NCBI GenBank assembly: GCA_000004985.1
Contig: GG738925.1
Length of the DNA stretch: 64,000 nt
From: Naegleria gruberi
Lineage: Eukaryota
Reading direction: 5' to 3' (one strand)
The notes under the pieces were generated by a model. The model searched no databases. It saw only the letters and a program-made list of their open reading frames with translations, and had not been told where the DNA came from. Both the position numbers and the translations under genes were made by a program. Shown piece after piece: positions 44,816 through 57,018 of this stretch; the first letter of the stretch is position 1, and the number at the start of each line of letters is the position of its first letter.

Positions 44816-47800
44816 TTAAATAGTTGGCAACTTGGTGTTAACACATTGTTGGTACAATTGCTTGGAGTAAGCAATTGGCAAAGTGTAAGTGTAGAGAGTC
44901 CATGACTTTTCCCAAACAGCAACCTTACCCTTCAAAGTAGCTTCAAAGTTGGCACTTTCCAATTTGTAAGACAAAGTGGCACACAAGTTACAAGAAGAGA
45001 AGGAGAGTTCTGGAATACCACGAGTAGTAGCAGAAGCAGAGATGGCAACAGTAGCCTTAGCCAATGGAATACCAACATCAGCAGAACCAGTAATATCAGC
45101 AACCAAAGTTGGTTCGAGAGACAATGAAGCACTGAAAGAATTCAAACAATAAGCATACTTCAAATCCTAAAATAATTAAATTATACATAAATAGTAATCA
45201 CAAAAAGATTAGATAATAAAATCAATTAAAAAACATACCACTCCATAGGAAATTCCGACTCCGAAAGAGAAGGTGATAGGGACTGGACCAACTGTAATTG
45301 TGTAAGATGTCTTGATAAGATTTGGAATGGCCTTAGTCAAAATATTCTTGGTTTCACTGGTACAAGTGGTGACTGATGGCAAGAATTGCTTATCAACAAA
45401 AGTAGTAGTGAACAACTTGACAAAGACTCTATTGTTGATAGAGCTGGCATCTCTATTATTCAATTCGGCATAGGCAGAAGCAACTGGGTAAGTGTTATCG
45501 AAGAGGTTAGCTTCAGCAGCAGCACGACCAAAGAAGACAGCATCAAAAGCAGATGATTTAGAACAATCAAAGCTAGCACCACCATATACAACAAATCCAG
45601 TGTAGATATTGATACCATTAGTACCGAACTTATTTTCATAAGAGTAGAACTTGGACTTGGAGATGGTTGACAAGTCACCTTGCTTTCTGACAAAGTTGAG
45701 CATTTCGTTATTGTAAATACACATCTTTTCAGTCTTTGAGGCGGCAAGACAAGTGCTCTTAGCACCGTTCCAGTTAGCACTTTCAAAGTATGACTTGATC
45801 TTTTCAGCAACTTGTTCAACCTTGCTCTTAGCATTGGATTCTTCTTCGTTCAATTCCAAAGTAACACCTTCATCTTCAATGTCACTTTGAGTGATCATTT
45901 CAGTGGTTTGCTCGTATGATTGTTCCAATTCCTTAGCAGATTCTTCAGTACCAACAGTGTACAAGTATTGCTTGATAGCATTCTTGATCAAGTCACTTGG
46001 ATTCTTCTTCAAGAGGGAGGCGAATTGTTGAACACTAGTACCATTCTTGAGCAAACCTTCTCTGTCAGTTTGAGCAGAGATGAGGGAAGCAATAACTGAT
46101 TCAGAGAGCCTCTTACTCTTGATGAGTGAGTGAATCAATTCATCAACCTTGATGTCACCAACTCTCTTCTTAAGATTTTCAGTGATCATGTTCTTGATAG
46201 ATTCTGGCATCTTTTCAGACAAGAGAACGCTCTTAATGATTGACAATGGAACACCCTTACCAGCATTGTTCAAAGCATGGATAGCAGTGAGGAATGATTC
46301 TTGAGAGGTAGCACCCATCAAAGCACTAATAATTTCACCAACAATTTCCTTAGTGATAGTAGCATCAGTTGATCTATCAGCAAGGTCAGCATAGGCGAGG
46401 AAAGCATTAGTCTTGGAGATGGAATGTTTGGTGGAGTTAGAGTGATGAGTCTTGAGTTGCTTGAGGAAAGTAACAACTTCCTTAGTTGGCTTCTTGATCA
46501 AAATTGAAGCATATGGATAGTTATTAGCAAGAACTGGGTGAATCTTGGAAATCTTGGCAAGCTTGTCTTGAACCTTGGTGTTATTAACAGAGGCAACCAA
46601 ACTTTGAACGCTTTCAATGTATGGAATAATCTTCTTGGTGACTGGTTCAGTTGGAGAAATCTTCTTCAAAGCCAAAACACCCTTCATCAATTCAGTCATC
46701 AAAACCTTTGAGGCCTTGACTGGACTCTTTGAAACATATTGAGCAACCTTGGACAATTTCTTGTTAGTGACTGGTGAGACATCCTTAAAGTCCTTCTTAA
46801 CAGATGATAAGAGCTTCTTAAGATTCTTTGGCTTGAAGGTCTTGCTAATCATCTTCTTGGCATCCTTTCTATCTTGCTTGGTCATACCGAAAGTCTTGAT
46901 AATAATGAATTGTGGCTTAACAGCAACAGATCCCTTAGCAACATTGAAGAATTTGGAGATAATCTTTGGAAGATCGGCCTTCTTCTTCTTAATAACCTTA
47001 TTCAACTTGAGAGAGCTGATGTGGAGAGTTTGAACTTGATCCTTATTCTTGGTAACAAACTTCTTCTTCTTTCCAGTTTCCTTTTCGAATTTCTTGAAAG
47101 ATGGAAGAGCTGGTCTCTTACCCATAGTGATTCTAGTACCCATCAAGGCTCTAGTGATCAAACCCTTCTTGTTAATCTTGACAAGGTGGCTTCCTTCATA
47201 ACCAATAGTTCTCTTCTTTGGAGAAATCTTCTTAAAGTCCTTTTCAGAGAATTTTTGAATAACTTGAGTAACCTTCTTCTTTGGTGATTTAGTCTTATTG
47301 AACTTTTGAGTGTAGGCAGAACCGAAACCATCAGTTTGCTTTCTTTGAACTCTCTTAGTTTCAGTAGTCAAAACTCTAACTAAACCCTTCTTAATACTCT
47401 TCAACCAGAATGGTTCTCTCTTGTGGAAAATCATCTTGGAAACTTGACCAGTCTTGCTACGAACAATAGCCAATGGATACTTATTCATGGCCTTGGTCAA
47501 ATTTCTTCTCTTTTGAAGAGTTCTATATTTCTTATTGAACCAAAAGTTGACATCCTTCTTACCCAAATTACCATACTTCTTCATTCCTTGGAATTGGAGG
47601 TATTGAACAGATGGGAAAGAAACAGCAATAAGATTCTTCTTGGTTGTTGATCCAGCACATGTCAAAGTCATCTTACCCATCAAGGTATTTTCTTGTGAAG
47701 AACCATTCTTGATAGCAGAAACAGATTGAAGATGTGGTTTAGTTCCCAAAAGAGTAGAGGCTTTAAAATTATAAACCATTTCATGATCAGTTGGACACAA

Positions 47801-48053
47801 AACTGACACAATCTTTGACTTGGTCTTGGCATCGGTGGTAATCTTGACTGGATTATGTTTTTGTTGTTGTTGTAGTATCCTCAACAATGGTATTATTATT
47901 ATTATTGGAAGCAATAGATGTAATAGCAGCAACTTCTTCATCGGTTGGAGTTGGGCTAGAATGAACAATTGCGATGGAAAGGGACAAGGCAAGAAGAGCC
48001 ATCATCATCATGACGATGATTCCCTTCTTTTCGAAACTCTTAGAACGCAGCAT
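44816..48053 (-). CDS. Large secreted Lys-rich protein (~1050 aa) with helical K-rich body and beta-rich Cys-containing C-terminal domain; unknown family; 3 or more exons
   Basis: The signal peptide MLRSKSFEKKGIIVMMMMALLALSLSIAIVHS lies in ORF 47853..48083. It is joined by a short intron near 47850..47900 to the 927-aa ORF 45209..47992. The C-terminal exon 44816..45163 follows a short intron at about 45164..45208. Intron coordinates are not resolved exactly. Confidence 0.5.
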
Positions 48054-49316
48054 CTTTGTGATGTAATGAGTGTACTCAACCAAAGAGAGAGGGAATTTTT
48101 TTCAAAGATACTTTTTTTAATGAGCGCTGGGTGTTCTGCTTGGCTTGACGGAAGTTCTAGGCAAAAGAAGCAACGATTGGGAAGTAATCAGAGCTAAAAT
48201 AATCGTGACTTTTCATTATTGTAATCAGGTGGAAAAACGAAGTGGCAACCTGGAGTTTGATATTTGTGTTGATATTTTTGAGATTATTAGAAGGGATGTT
48301 GTGGTTGGAGTTGGTTGGGAAAATGAGTAGTGTAACCTTGTAATGATTTTTTGAATTTTGATTTAAGGAATGAATTTGGTTGAGTTTGACATTTGGCAGA
48401 TGTTTGTCATATTGTAATCCTATGACTAAATATTAATATTTTCATTATCAATACTTCATTACCCTCAAAAAAGTCAACACATCATCACCTCTAAACTTTT
48501 TTTCACAATGGCAGCTGCCAAATGCCTCAATCTGCCAATTATTTTTACCAAATTGCCCACGCTCATCTCATAATGGCATTTGGGCGACTCAAAAAACCGC
48601 TCATTAGCAGCAACGTGTCATCAACTCGGACTTGCAGAGAGGACTTGAGATGAAATTGTCTTGTTTCACCTCATAACTCGAACGAACAATTTTTCAAAAA
48701 AAAACAAGTCAAAGTACTCAAAGTTCTTTTCACTTGCCAGGAGAAAAAAAGCAAAACAAACAACACAATACCTTTGTAGATTGCCTCTTTCTCACCAAGT
48801 CTAACGTTACTGTAACCTACAATACCCACAGTGATTCTCTTGTTGAACACAAATTGTAACCAAAACACTAAAAAGAGCACACAACAACAACTTCATCCGA
48901 AGAGAGTAACATACATTGACACCTCATCATTATCGATTGCCACATCAAGCTTTTTTAAACAGCACAGAGCAAACAACGATTCTTTCTTTTTAGCGCGCTT
49001 TTCAATTACAGTTTTATTTTTAAAATCTCTCAAAAGGCAATTCAGGTCTGCTACACACAAATTCCGAGCAACAACAAACGAAGGCTTTGAGAAAAAAAGA
49101 ACCTCCACATCACCACCATCATCACACTGTACTTTTATTATTATTATTTTTAATAATTTATAGAAGCAAAATCAACATAGATAACCAATAGTAGTAGAAG
49201 CACTAGCCTCAGTTGTATTTTGTCAAATAATTATCATCATATAGACGATTGTTATATAATTTAAAAGTCCTAATCGAGTGTAGTTTAATTATTTATTTGA
49301 TCATTACCATTATTTA

Positions 49317-50299
49317 GTGAGTATTGTAAAGCCAATGAGTCAATCATCATCATCATCAGCCCCTATTGAAGAAATGAATCCAGATTGGAAGAATCATCAA
49401 GTATTTGGAGAATATAATCCAAATTTTCAAGCACCAACAGTTGAAGAGTTGTGTCACGCTCATCCAGAACGTTTACAAAACATTAATGAATTGAAAAAGA
49501 GATGTGAAGTTTGGATTCCATCTCTTGGATTGGAAGAACAAAAATTCATGACAGAAGAGGGATTACTCCTCTACTATAGATATCTTTCAGGTTACGGTTG
49601 GGATAAATTAAAGGTATGTAAAGAGATGTCACATTTTCATTAATCAATTCATAGGAAGCTGAAGAGGGTATTAAAAAGACCTGCGAGTGGCGTGCTAGAG
49701 TTAAACCACAAAACTTGACAATAGATGACCTTGGGGAAGTTGGAAAATCAGGATTTTTATTCCACTATGGGTATGACAAATGGAATAGACCTATTGTTTA
49801 TATTGATATGAAAAAGGATTCTACTCCAATGACCAAGGAAAATCTCGAGTTGAAATATTTGACATTTGTCTACTATACAGAAAATTTGATCAAGAGAATG
49901 CCAAAGAATGTTTATCAAATTAGTTGGATTTTGGATGTTACAGGTGCCAACGTTTCAATCAGTCTCGTGAAGCAAATGAAGGATACATTCTTGGATCTTG
50001 GTATTTATTATTGCGAAAGATTAGCATTGGCATTTGTAGTCAATGTCACAATGTCAATTAATTTGATCTGGAAGTTTGTTTCATCATTTTTGGCCAAGCA
50101 AACTGTAGAAAGATATCACGTTTTCACAAAGGATTGTAAGAAATTACGAGATGCCCTGCATCACTTTTTTGATGAGGGATCTCTATTGAAAGATTTCCAT
50201 GGTACAGCAAATTTTACATATAGCACAGATGTCATGAAATCATTCCATACACTGGTACCAATCCAGCAAGTAGATGTTGTTCGTGACAGTTCAAACTGA
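49317..50299 (+). CDS. Sec14-like CRAL-TRIO lipid-binding protein, 2 exons
   Basis: Exon 1 is 49317..49611 (...YRYLSGYGWDKLK) and ends at a gtatgt donor. The intron is 49612..49653 (cag/tag acceptor). Exon 2 is 49654..50299 (EAEEGIKKTCEWRARVKPQNLTIDDLGEVGKSGFLFHYGYDKWNRPIVYIDMKK...), the CRAL-TRIO fold. Confidence 0.7.
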
Positions 50300-50558
50300 A
50301 ATAGTTTGCAATCTAATAGCATTTAACTTGTAAATAAACCCAATTTTCTACAATTTCAATTCAACGTTGATATTTACTCTCCAACCTTATTTAAAATTTA
50401 AGGAATCCACTCGGAGTTTATAACATGAAATAATGGCTAGGAATAGGAGTGGAGATGACTTGTATTGGTGCGCATGAAAACAGTAACCCTCTAATTTCCA
50501 GTATCTTTTGATCGACAATTGCTTATTATTCCTTAATCATCAAAAAAACAAAGGAAAG

Positions 50559-51703
50559 ATGCAAACATTCCAGCCAACATCTGTAATCTTATTACATTAT
50601 TTATTTACGTTCTGTATTATTGCACTACTTGTCTCGTCATGTGCTGAGGCCTCAGTCAAGATACTCGCCACCACCACAAGAATTAAGCCGGACACAATCC
50701 TGGAGATGGACCTTCCTAATCTTGGCTACGTCGATCGAGTAATTCCAATCAGCATGAAACAAGATGGTTTCTTTATTATTGCAAGTGGACCTACTCAAAT
50801 TCACAGAGTGGATTCATCGTATCATGTTAATTCCTTCAAGTTGGACATTCCAATGAAATGGTTAAGTATGGGCTCTGTTGAGAGATGTGTTGGTGGTTTG
50901 TTAACAGCACAATACAATTTGATGAATCTTGTTTATTCTGGTGGAGAATTGGGCAAGGCCTATATTGTTCAAGTCAACTTGAAGAATTTAACACAAATTG
51001 CTGAGGTTATTTCTCTTGGTGCCAATAGTCATGTGATTGATGTACATGAAGATAGTGAATTGGGCTTGTTGCACATTCTTGTAAAGAGAGCTCAAGCTCT
51101 TGTTCTTTTCATTTTCGATCCAAAGGATAATTACATGAGAGAGCAAGGTTATCCATTGATGACCACAGGAAAATTGGCAGTCATGAAAGATGCAGGTCTT
51201 TTTGTTGGTATTGGAAACTCACCTATTCCCAATTATTACTCCTTGAACCACATTCATTGAAAATCATTGACGGTCAGGAATTGGATTCTCTTGGAATTTT
51301 CAAATTCCAATCCTTGACCATCTCTGGTTCAATGTTGAGTCTTGTCTACTCCAAGTATGCAACACGTAATGTACTGTATCATTATGAAGCCTCCTCAAAA
51401 TCTCTTTATTCCCTTGGTGGATTATTCTATCCAACAATTAAGAGATTTTACGAGTGTGAAATTGTTAACAATCAACAACCAAAGGTGATTTGTATTAATG
51501 ATAATAGGGAATTGGTTAGAGTTCCAATATTTAAAGAAGATATGACTGTTTATTATCCATTCGAATCTGCTGAGAATGATTTGGCTAATGCTTTCATGCA
51601 GGCCGATGATGAAGGTCAAATGTTGCTTTATGTTCCACAAACTTATACAACTGATGACGATTCTTTTAGAATTGGTGTTTATAACTATGCAAAATTTGAA
51701 TAA
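50559..51703 (+). CDS. Secreted hypothetical protein, interrupted by a frameshift or unresolved intron near 51255
   Basis: The signal peptide is MQTFQPTSVILLHYLFTFCIIALLVSSCAEA. ORF 50508..51260 and ORF 51257..51703 overlap by 4 nt in different frames. No canonical GT...AG pair restores the frame. Confidence 0.4.
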
Positions 51704-51854
51704 ACAATCAATTACATTAATGCCAACAAATTGTAATACTCGTGTTGTGTATGTCTACTTACTCGGTTCCAACTCACAGTAACGCTCGAAACACAAAATT
51801 ACGAAAAAATAAATGAAAAAAAATGCCATGATGTGATGGCTAGCAAAATCTAGT

Positions 51855-54800
51855 TTACTTTGTTAGGCTTCCACTAGTGAAGGAAACTGTTTGCTGTTGA
51901 ATAATAACTTGTTCGGAAACGGATTTTCTTCTTTGGTTGGTTATTTTGTGTTGTTTGCATAATTTCTCACCCACATTCTTACAACATTTGGAACACATCT
52001 TGTTGGAACAATTAATAGAAACTTTGATCAAAGTGCAGCCATCATTTACGCACTGTACTTTCTTCTCGGAATTAACAATGGAATTAACAGTGGTGGGATT
52101 GAACTCTGTGTTGTTGCTAAGCTGCATAGTATTTCCAGAATCTTGACTAGCATTTGCTTGTGAATTATTAATTATTGGTACATTACTTTTGTTCTTCTTC
52201 TTATTCTTTTCTAACTTCTCGGCTATTTTAGTATGAAACACACAACCAGAATCCTCACAACAAGCAAAACAAGAACCTGATAAACAATCAATTGAAATAA
52301 CCTCAGTCTTTTTGCAAAAAGGACATTTGCTTTTTCCTCGCAATGCAGTAACAGTAATAACACATTTCTCCAATAGTCTTTCAAATTCCACTGATAATTC
52401 AGAATTATCTCCATGCATTATATGACCTTTACAATCATATTTCAAAAAATTTGGATAATTAGGAGCCAATATTTTGGATTCAAATAAGGATAACCATTTG
52501 GAATATTTTGGATGCTCCATAATTGCCTTTGGAATTACACTTGGAACAATTGGAATATCTTTCAATGCTTTTTCTACATTGGATTTTACACAAGATCTGT
52601 TGCTATAATTTTGTTTAACTACTTCACTCAAAACAGATCTCCGAATGATTTCAACTATTGCTGATTCAGTTTTGTGATTAGTATTATTTTTAGCAATTCT
52701 TTTTTCCTTTGAGAATGCTTGTTCACTCTTTTCTGCAGAAAGGTGATACACATTAACCTTCCAAACCAATAATGAAATATGGACCCACAAATCATGAAAA
52801 TGCAGCCCAACAACATTATTTCCCCATCTCATTACTGCCAATGTACCAAACACGAATACTTTAACACAGAATTGCTGATTTTCAATATTGGAATGTTCAT
52901 TTTTGGAATATAGGAATCTTAATATATCTCGCCAATATAACATGAGTAGTTCGGCGTTTTCTCTCTCTTGATTAACGAATGGAAGAACACATACATCATA
53001 TTTGCAAAATACTAATCTCCAATCTCCATTTGACATGGTGCTAGATTTTGCATTCAATCTGATATTTTCATCAAGAGCAGCATAACATTTCTCCTCTTGA
53101 AAGTCTTTCTCTTTTTGGAATAGACTAAACATTCCTGCTCCTATTCCTTTAGTTACATGCAGTATTTCAGAGCCATTTTCGTATTCATCAAGCCCTCTTT
53201 CTTTTAATGATGTGGATTTACCATCATTCACTAAATGAGGAAGACCTACTTGACCATCTGGGAATTTTTTGGTAGCATAGAGATTTTGTAATGATTTCCC
53301 ATTGTTTAAACAAGAAAGGCATTGCTCATAATCCCATTGATTTCCTGTAAATGGTAATGGGCATTTTGAACAACGATAATCACCTCCAACCTTATGATTC
53401 CATCTTTTAGAAGCATTACTATAATCAGCGCTCATGAATTTCAATTTAAAGGTTGCTGTCTTCTCATGTAAAGGCATTTTAAAATCCACTAATTGAGTGT
53501 ATTGATCCCTTAATAACTGTGAGATTGTTTTGACATTATATTTTGTTTCAGAGCACCATACATAGGTAAGTGGTAGTGGTTTAGTAACATAATCATATCC
53601 CTCTTTGTTAAATAGTTTTTCATCCCATAATAATTGAATGCTAACTTTTGTTAAGGATTGATTTAGCATAGCAGTACCATCCATCCAATCTATCAACTTG
53701 TATCCAATAACCAAATCTGCCACTTGTTTGATGAACCCATTTTGATCACATTTTAACAAATGGTGGATAAGTACTGGAATAATATTTCGCATTACTCCAT
53801 TTACCATTATTTCTTTTCCATTTAGATTAATTGGAACTTTAATTGGATTACCAATATATACTGCAAGTGGATTCTTCTTAAAAGCCTCACACCATTCATC
53901 AACAGAATACAAAACGGATTCATCAATATCTGTTTCAATTTCTTGTCCAATGCACCAAGCTTGCAAATCTTCCTTCATCTCCTTTTCATCAAAGAAAGGC
54001 ATATATATGTCATCATCAAGTTTAACATTTCTTCTTTGAAAACATCTAATCGGTGGTTTTTCACCAATTTGAAGGAAATAACCAAATCTACATATTTCAT
54101 CTCCGAATTTTTGAGTTATTTTCAAAGTCCGAGCAACCTCTTGCCATTTTCCTTCTTTTTCAACAAGTAATGAGCCACCAACTTTATCTACCATATCACA
54201 TATTTGTTGTAAATCCATCTCATTATTTAAATAATGATCAATATACAAATATTTCAAAATTGTAGGTATATCTGTATTGAGTGAGTGTTTTTGCTGATTC
54301 TCAAATGATTTTAAAATTTTGTCATACATTTCTGGATTGATCTTATTAAGAATATCATTGCTTTTTGCTTTAAGTTCAGCTAGAATATTTGTTGCAAGTA
54401 TTTTCATAGATACAGAGCTATTATTAATCATATCACATACATACTTCTCAAATATTGGATCGTGGAAACAAGCTCTAATTCGAGATAATGGATTTTTGAG
54501 ATATGTATTGGAAATTCTCTCCTTATTAGTTTGTTTGGAATTAATTATATTCATTAATTTAGCTGTAGACAGAGGAGTGTTTGTTCCGAAAGTTTGAAGA
54601 GGAGCCATTAATTGTTTCCTCTTTCTAATAGTTGCATTTACCTGCTTAATAATCCTTTTCTTTTGAATTTTTGAATTAGATTTGAACCATTTTGCATCCT
54701 TTACAGTGTCTTGCAGATCTTTCTTTTTAGCCATTAATTCCATAGTATCACTAGGAGAAGCATTTACTATTAATGAATTTAATGGAATACATTTTGCTCC

Positions 54801-55355
54801 CAAAATTTTCAATTGATTCTTTTTGGAAGTAACCTTGTCAGCTTTACGTTTTAGAACTAGAACACTTCTTTGATTATCATCATGAGCAATAATGGAATAG
54901 GTTTGATTTTTTCTACTTGCAATCAGTGTTTCGAATGGAACAGTTTCAATATGTTGTAATTCTTCCTTTCTGATTTTATAATTTTTAACCTTTTTAATTT
55001 TGTCAATGCATAGGGCAACATATTTTCTCTTCAACCATTGAAATACTCTATTACAACAAAATCCTTGATGAATGTGTTTCTTTAATTCTTTGGATGCAAG
55101 ATTTCTTCCTGTTTTATTCAATAAAAAAGCTCTGTACCAACGTTTCTTGTTGTGAGTTGTTTGACAGCAAACACAAACAGTTCCTTTATCAATTAGTTGT
55201 GTTGATCGTGATGACAACTTACACATTTTTTTCCCAAGTTTCTTTCTGACAGTTCTAGAGAAAATTAGAATAATTTGTGCAAATTTTATTTTTAGCAACC
55301 AGCTAAAAAAACTGAGCTGAAAATTCCTCATTGCTTTCTTTACCTTTTTTCTCAA
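51855..55355 (-). CDS. Large (1166 aa) Cys-cluster protein of unknown function (possibly transposase-derived)
   Basis: Uninterrupted ORF. N-terminal Cys cluster VCVCCQTTH...GFCCNRVF. Two C-terminal Cys-rich blocks: CPFCKKTEVISIDCLSGSCFACCEDSGCVFH and CVNDGCTLIKVSINCSNKMCSKCCKNVGEKLCKQH. I recognise no catalytic motif. Confidence 0.5.
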   Translation of the reverse strand: MRKKVKKAMRNFQLSFFSWLLKIKFAQIILIFSRTVRKKLGKKMCKLSSRSTQLIDKGTVCVCCQTTHNKKRWYRAFLLNKTGRNLASKELKKHIHQGFCCNRVFQWLKRKYVALCIDKIKKVKNYKIRKEELQHIETVPFETLIASRKNQTYSIIAHDDNQRSVLVLKRKADKVTSKKNQLKILGAKCIPLNSLIVNASPSDTMELMAKKKDLQDTVKDAKWFKSNSKIQKKRIIKQVNATIRKRKQLMAPLQTFGTNTPLSTAKLMNIINSKQTNKERISNTYLKNPLSRIRACFHDPIFEKYVCDMINNSSVSMKILATNILAELKAKSNDILNKINPEMYDKILKSFENQQKHSLNTDIPTILKYLYIDHYLNNEMDLQQICDMVDKVGGSLLVEKEGKWQEVARTLKITQKFGDEICRFGYFLQIGEKPPIRCFQRRNVKLDDDIYMPFFDEKEMKEDLQAWCIGQEIETDIDESVLYSVDEWCEAFKKNPLAVYIGNPIKVPINLNGKEIMVNGVMRNIIPVLIHHLLKCDQNGFIKQVADLVIGYKLIDWMDGTAMLNQSLTKVSIQLLWDEKLFNKEGYDYVTKPLPLTYVWCSETKYNVKTISQLLRDQYTQLVDFKMPLHEKTATFKLKFMSADYSNASKRWNHKVGGDYRCSKCPLPFTGNQWDYEQCLSCLNNGKSLQNLYATKKFPDGQVGLPHLVNDGKSTSLKERGLDEYENGSEILHVTKGIGAGMFSLFQKEKDFQEEKCYAALDENIRLNAKSSTMSNGDWRLVFCKYDVCVLPFVNQERENAELLMLYWRDILRFLYSKNEHSNIENQQFCVKVFVFGTLAVMRWGNNVVGLHFHDLWVHISLLVWKVNVYHLSAEKSEQAFSKEKRIAKNNTNHKTESAIVEIIRRSVLSEVVKQNYSNRSCVKSNVEKALKDIPIVPSVIPKAIMEHPKYSKWLSLFESKILAPNYPNFLKYDCKGHIMHGDNSELSVEFERLLEKCVITVTALRGKSKCPFCKKTEVISIDCLSGSCFACCEDSGCVFHTKIAEKLEKNKKKNKSNVPIINNSQANASQDSGNTMQLSNNTEFNPTTVNSIVNSEKKVQCVNDGCTLIKVSINCSNKMCSKCCKNVGEKLCKQHKITNQRRKSVSEQVIIQQQTVSFTSGSLTK

Positions 55356-55608
55356 TAACCAGAGAGAGAACTGCGGAGAACTGCAAGATTTGGATTGTTT
55401 ACATCAAATAATAGTGATAATGGTAAGATCAGTTTCTAACTCGTGTTTCTGTACGTTTCCAACAGAGTTAAAGTTAAGGTAAATTACGCTCAGAAACAGC
55501 TGGTAAATTTCCACTTTTTTCCATTATTTTTTAAAAAAAACACAAGTTTATGCTGTAGCAAAGGACATCCGATACACGAGTAGTTATTCGAAACTGTTAA
55601 AAAAAAAT

Positions 55609-55926
55609 ATGAAACCACGCTACGGACCCAACCATCTTTTATCTGGTGCAACAAGGAAGGAAACAACTGCAAAAACCACTGCACCAACTAACTCTGAAGC
55701 TTTAATCATGGAAAGGAAGTTATTCATGATTGAATGCAGAATTGAAATTTTGAATTGTCAATCAATGGACGAAAGCAAGAAGGAAACTTTAGAATATTAC
55801 GAGAATAAATTGGAGGAAGTTAGGAAATTTCTAATAGAAACTGATGAAGAATTTACTCAACAAGTTATTGAAGAAAATTCCCTTCCCAATTTGGAATTAT
55901 TGAAAATTAAATTACTTGATTATTAA
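55609..55926 (+). CDS. Hypothetical 105-aa coiled-coil-like protein
   Basis: The ORF lies in the intergenic space between two minus-strand genes. It is weakly supported. Confidence 0.25.
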   Translation: MKPRYGPNHLLSGATRKETTAKTTAPTNSEALIMERKLFMIECRIEILNCQSMDESKKETLEYYENKLEEVRKFLIETDEEFTQQVIEENSLPNLELLKIKLLDY

Positions 55927-55958
55927 GTTTACAATTTTACAAATTTGTTGGAATTCCT

Positions 55959-56918
55959 TTATTTCAATGAACGACCAGCCATTATAGATGAAAATATATC
56001 AAAGGATGAAGGAGGTGGAGGTGGAGGTGGTCCAGTACCGAAAGTTGAAGGTGGAGGTGGAGGTGGCATGCTACTTGGTGGTCTGAAGGGAGTATGTCCA
56101 TAACGATGAGTTTGAGTTGACAAGTTGACTGGAAGTGGAGGAGGAGGCACATTGGCACGAGTGAGCGTTGGAATAGGAGGTGGAGGAGGGATGTATGATC
56201 TGGGAGCTAGGGATTGCAATTTCAACAATATTGGACCTGCTTGTTGAGTTCTCTCAGTTGGATTTTCTTTAATCCACTCAATCATGATTTTAGAGAGAGT
56301 TCCCATGTAGAGATCATTGGTAAAGCAAGTGAAAAAGTCGAAAAACTCATCAGCACTAAATTGTAACACAGCTGTTTTCAATTGTTGATAGGCAATAGAT
56401 GATTCTTTCATTTGAATATTAATTGAGTAAATTGCACGAATCTTTTCCACCACCAATTTCATCACATCTTGAACAGAATGATTCTGAGCTAATTCACACG
56501 ATGCTTTAAGCTTTTTCAACACTTTCCATACGAGAATAATCTCATTATTATTACATTCAGAACGATCCACTTTCAATTCTCCACTCATAGCCTCAACACA
56601 ATCACTAATCACTCCAAAGAATTCAAATTCAATAAGGAAGGGAAGTACTCTATGAAATTCCATCACCCGAGGTGATGCACCATAAATACATTCCAAGGCT
56701 CCCCTCACCAAACACTCATCATATTTACTTTCATCTGAATTAATTATCAAACAATTTGATTGCAATCGTTGAAAATATTCCGATTGCTTTAGAATAATCG
56801 AGTGTGCTGAAATTTTAATTTGTTGTGGATGAAGAGAATTTTGCAAGATAAAATCAAAATCGCAAAATAATTCCTTCTCCTTCAGGTGTTGCAAGTGGCG
56901 GATCAGATGTGAAGACAT
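55959..56918 (-). CDS. BTB/POZ domain protein with proline-rich C-terminus
   Basis: The N-terminal BTB is LFCDFDFILQN...ISAHSIILKQSEYFQRL. The C-terminus has runs of PPPPP (IPPPPPIPTL, PPPPPPPS). Confidence 0.65.
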   Translation of the reverse strand: MSSHLIRHLQHLKEKELFCDFDFILQNSLHPQQIKISAHSIILKQSEYFQRLQSNCLIINSDESKYDECLVRGALECIYGASPRVMEFHRVLPFLIEFEFFGVISDCVEAMSGELKVDRSECNNNEIILVWKVLKKLKASCELAQNHSVQDVMKLVVEKIRAIYSINIQMKESSIAYQQLKTAVLQFSADEFFDFFTCFTNDLYMGTLSKIMIEWIKENPTERTQQAGPILLKLQSLAPRSYIPPPPPIPTLTRANVPPPPLPVNLSTQTHRYGHTPFRPPSSMPPPPPPSTFGTGPPPPPPPSSFDIFSSIMAGRSLK

Positions 56919-57018
56919 TTTTTTTGAGTTCTGTGATGATCTAAGAGTTCCTTGTTCCTAAAAAATTGTAACAGTTCAATATTCAATACTTTACAATATA
57001 TTGCAACATCGGAATGAT

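Noticed and set aside
48480-48700. U5 snRNA gene
   Set aside because: A loop-I-like UUUUACCA hairpin is present, but there is no Sm site and no 3' stem-loop on either strand. It is downgraded to an unexplained structured or regulatory element.
51700-55600. Terminal inverted repeats or TSDs around the 1166-aa Cys-cluster gene that would make it a DNA transposon
   Set aside because: There are only 9-bp chance-level matches and no convincing TIR or TSD.
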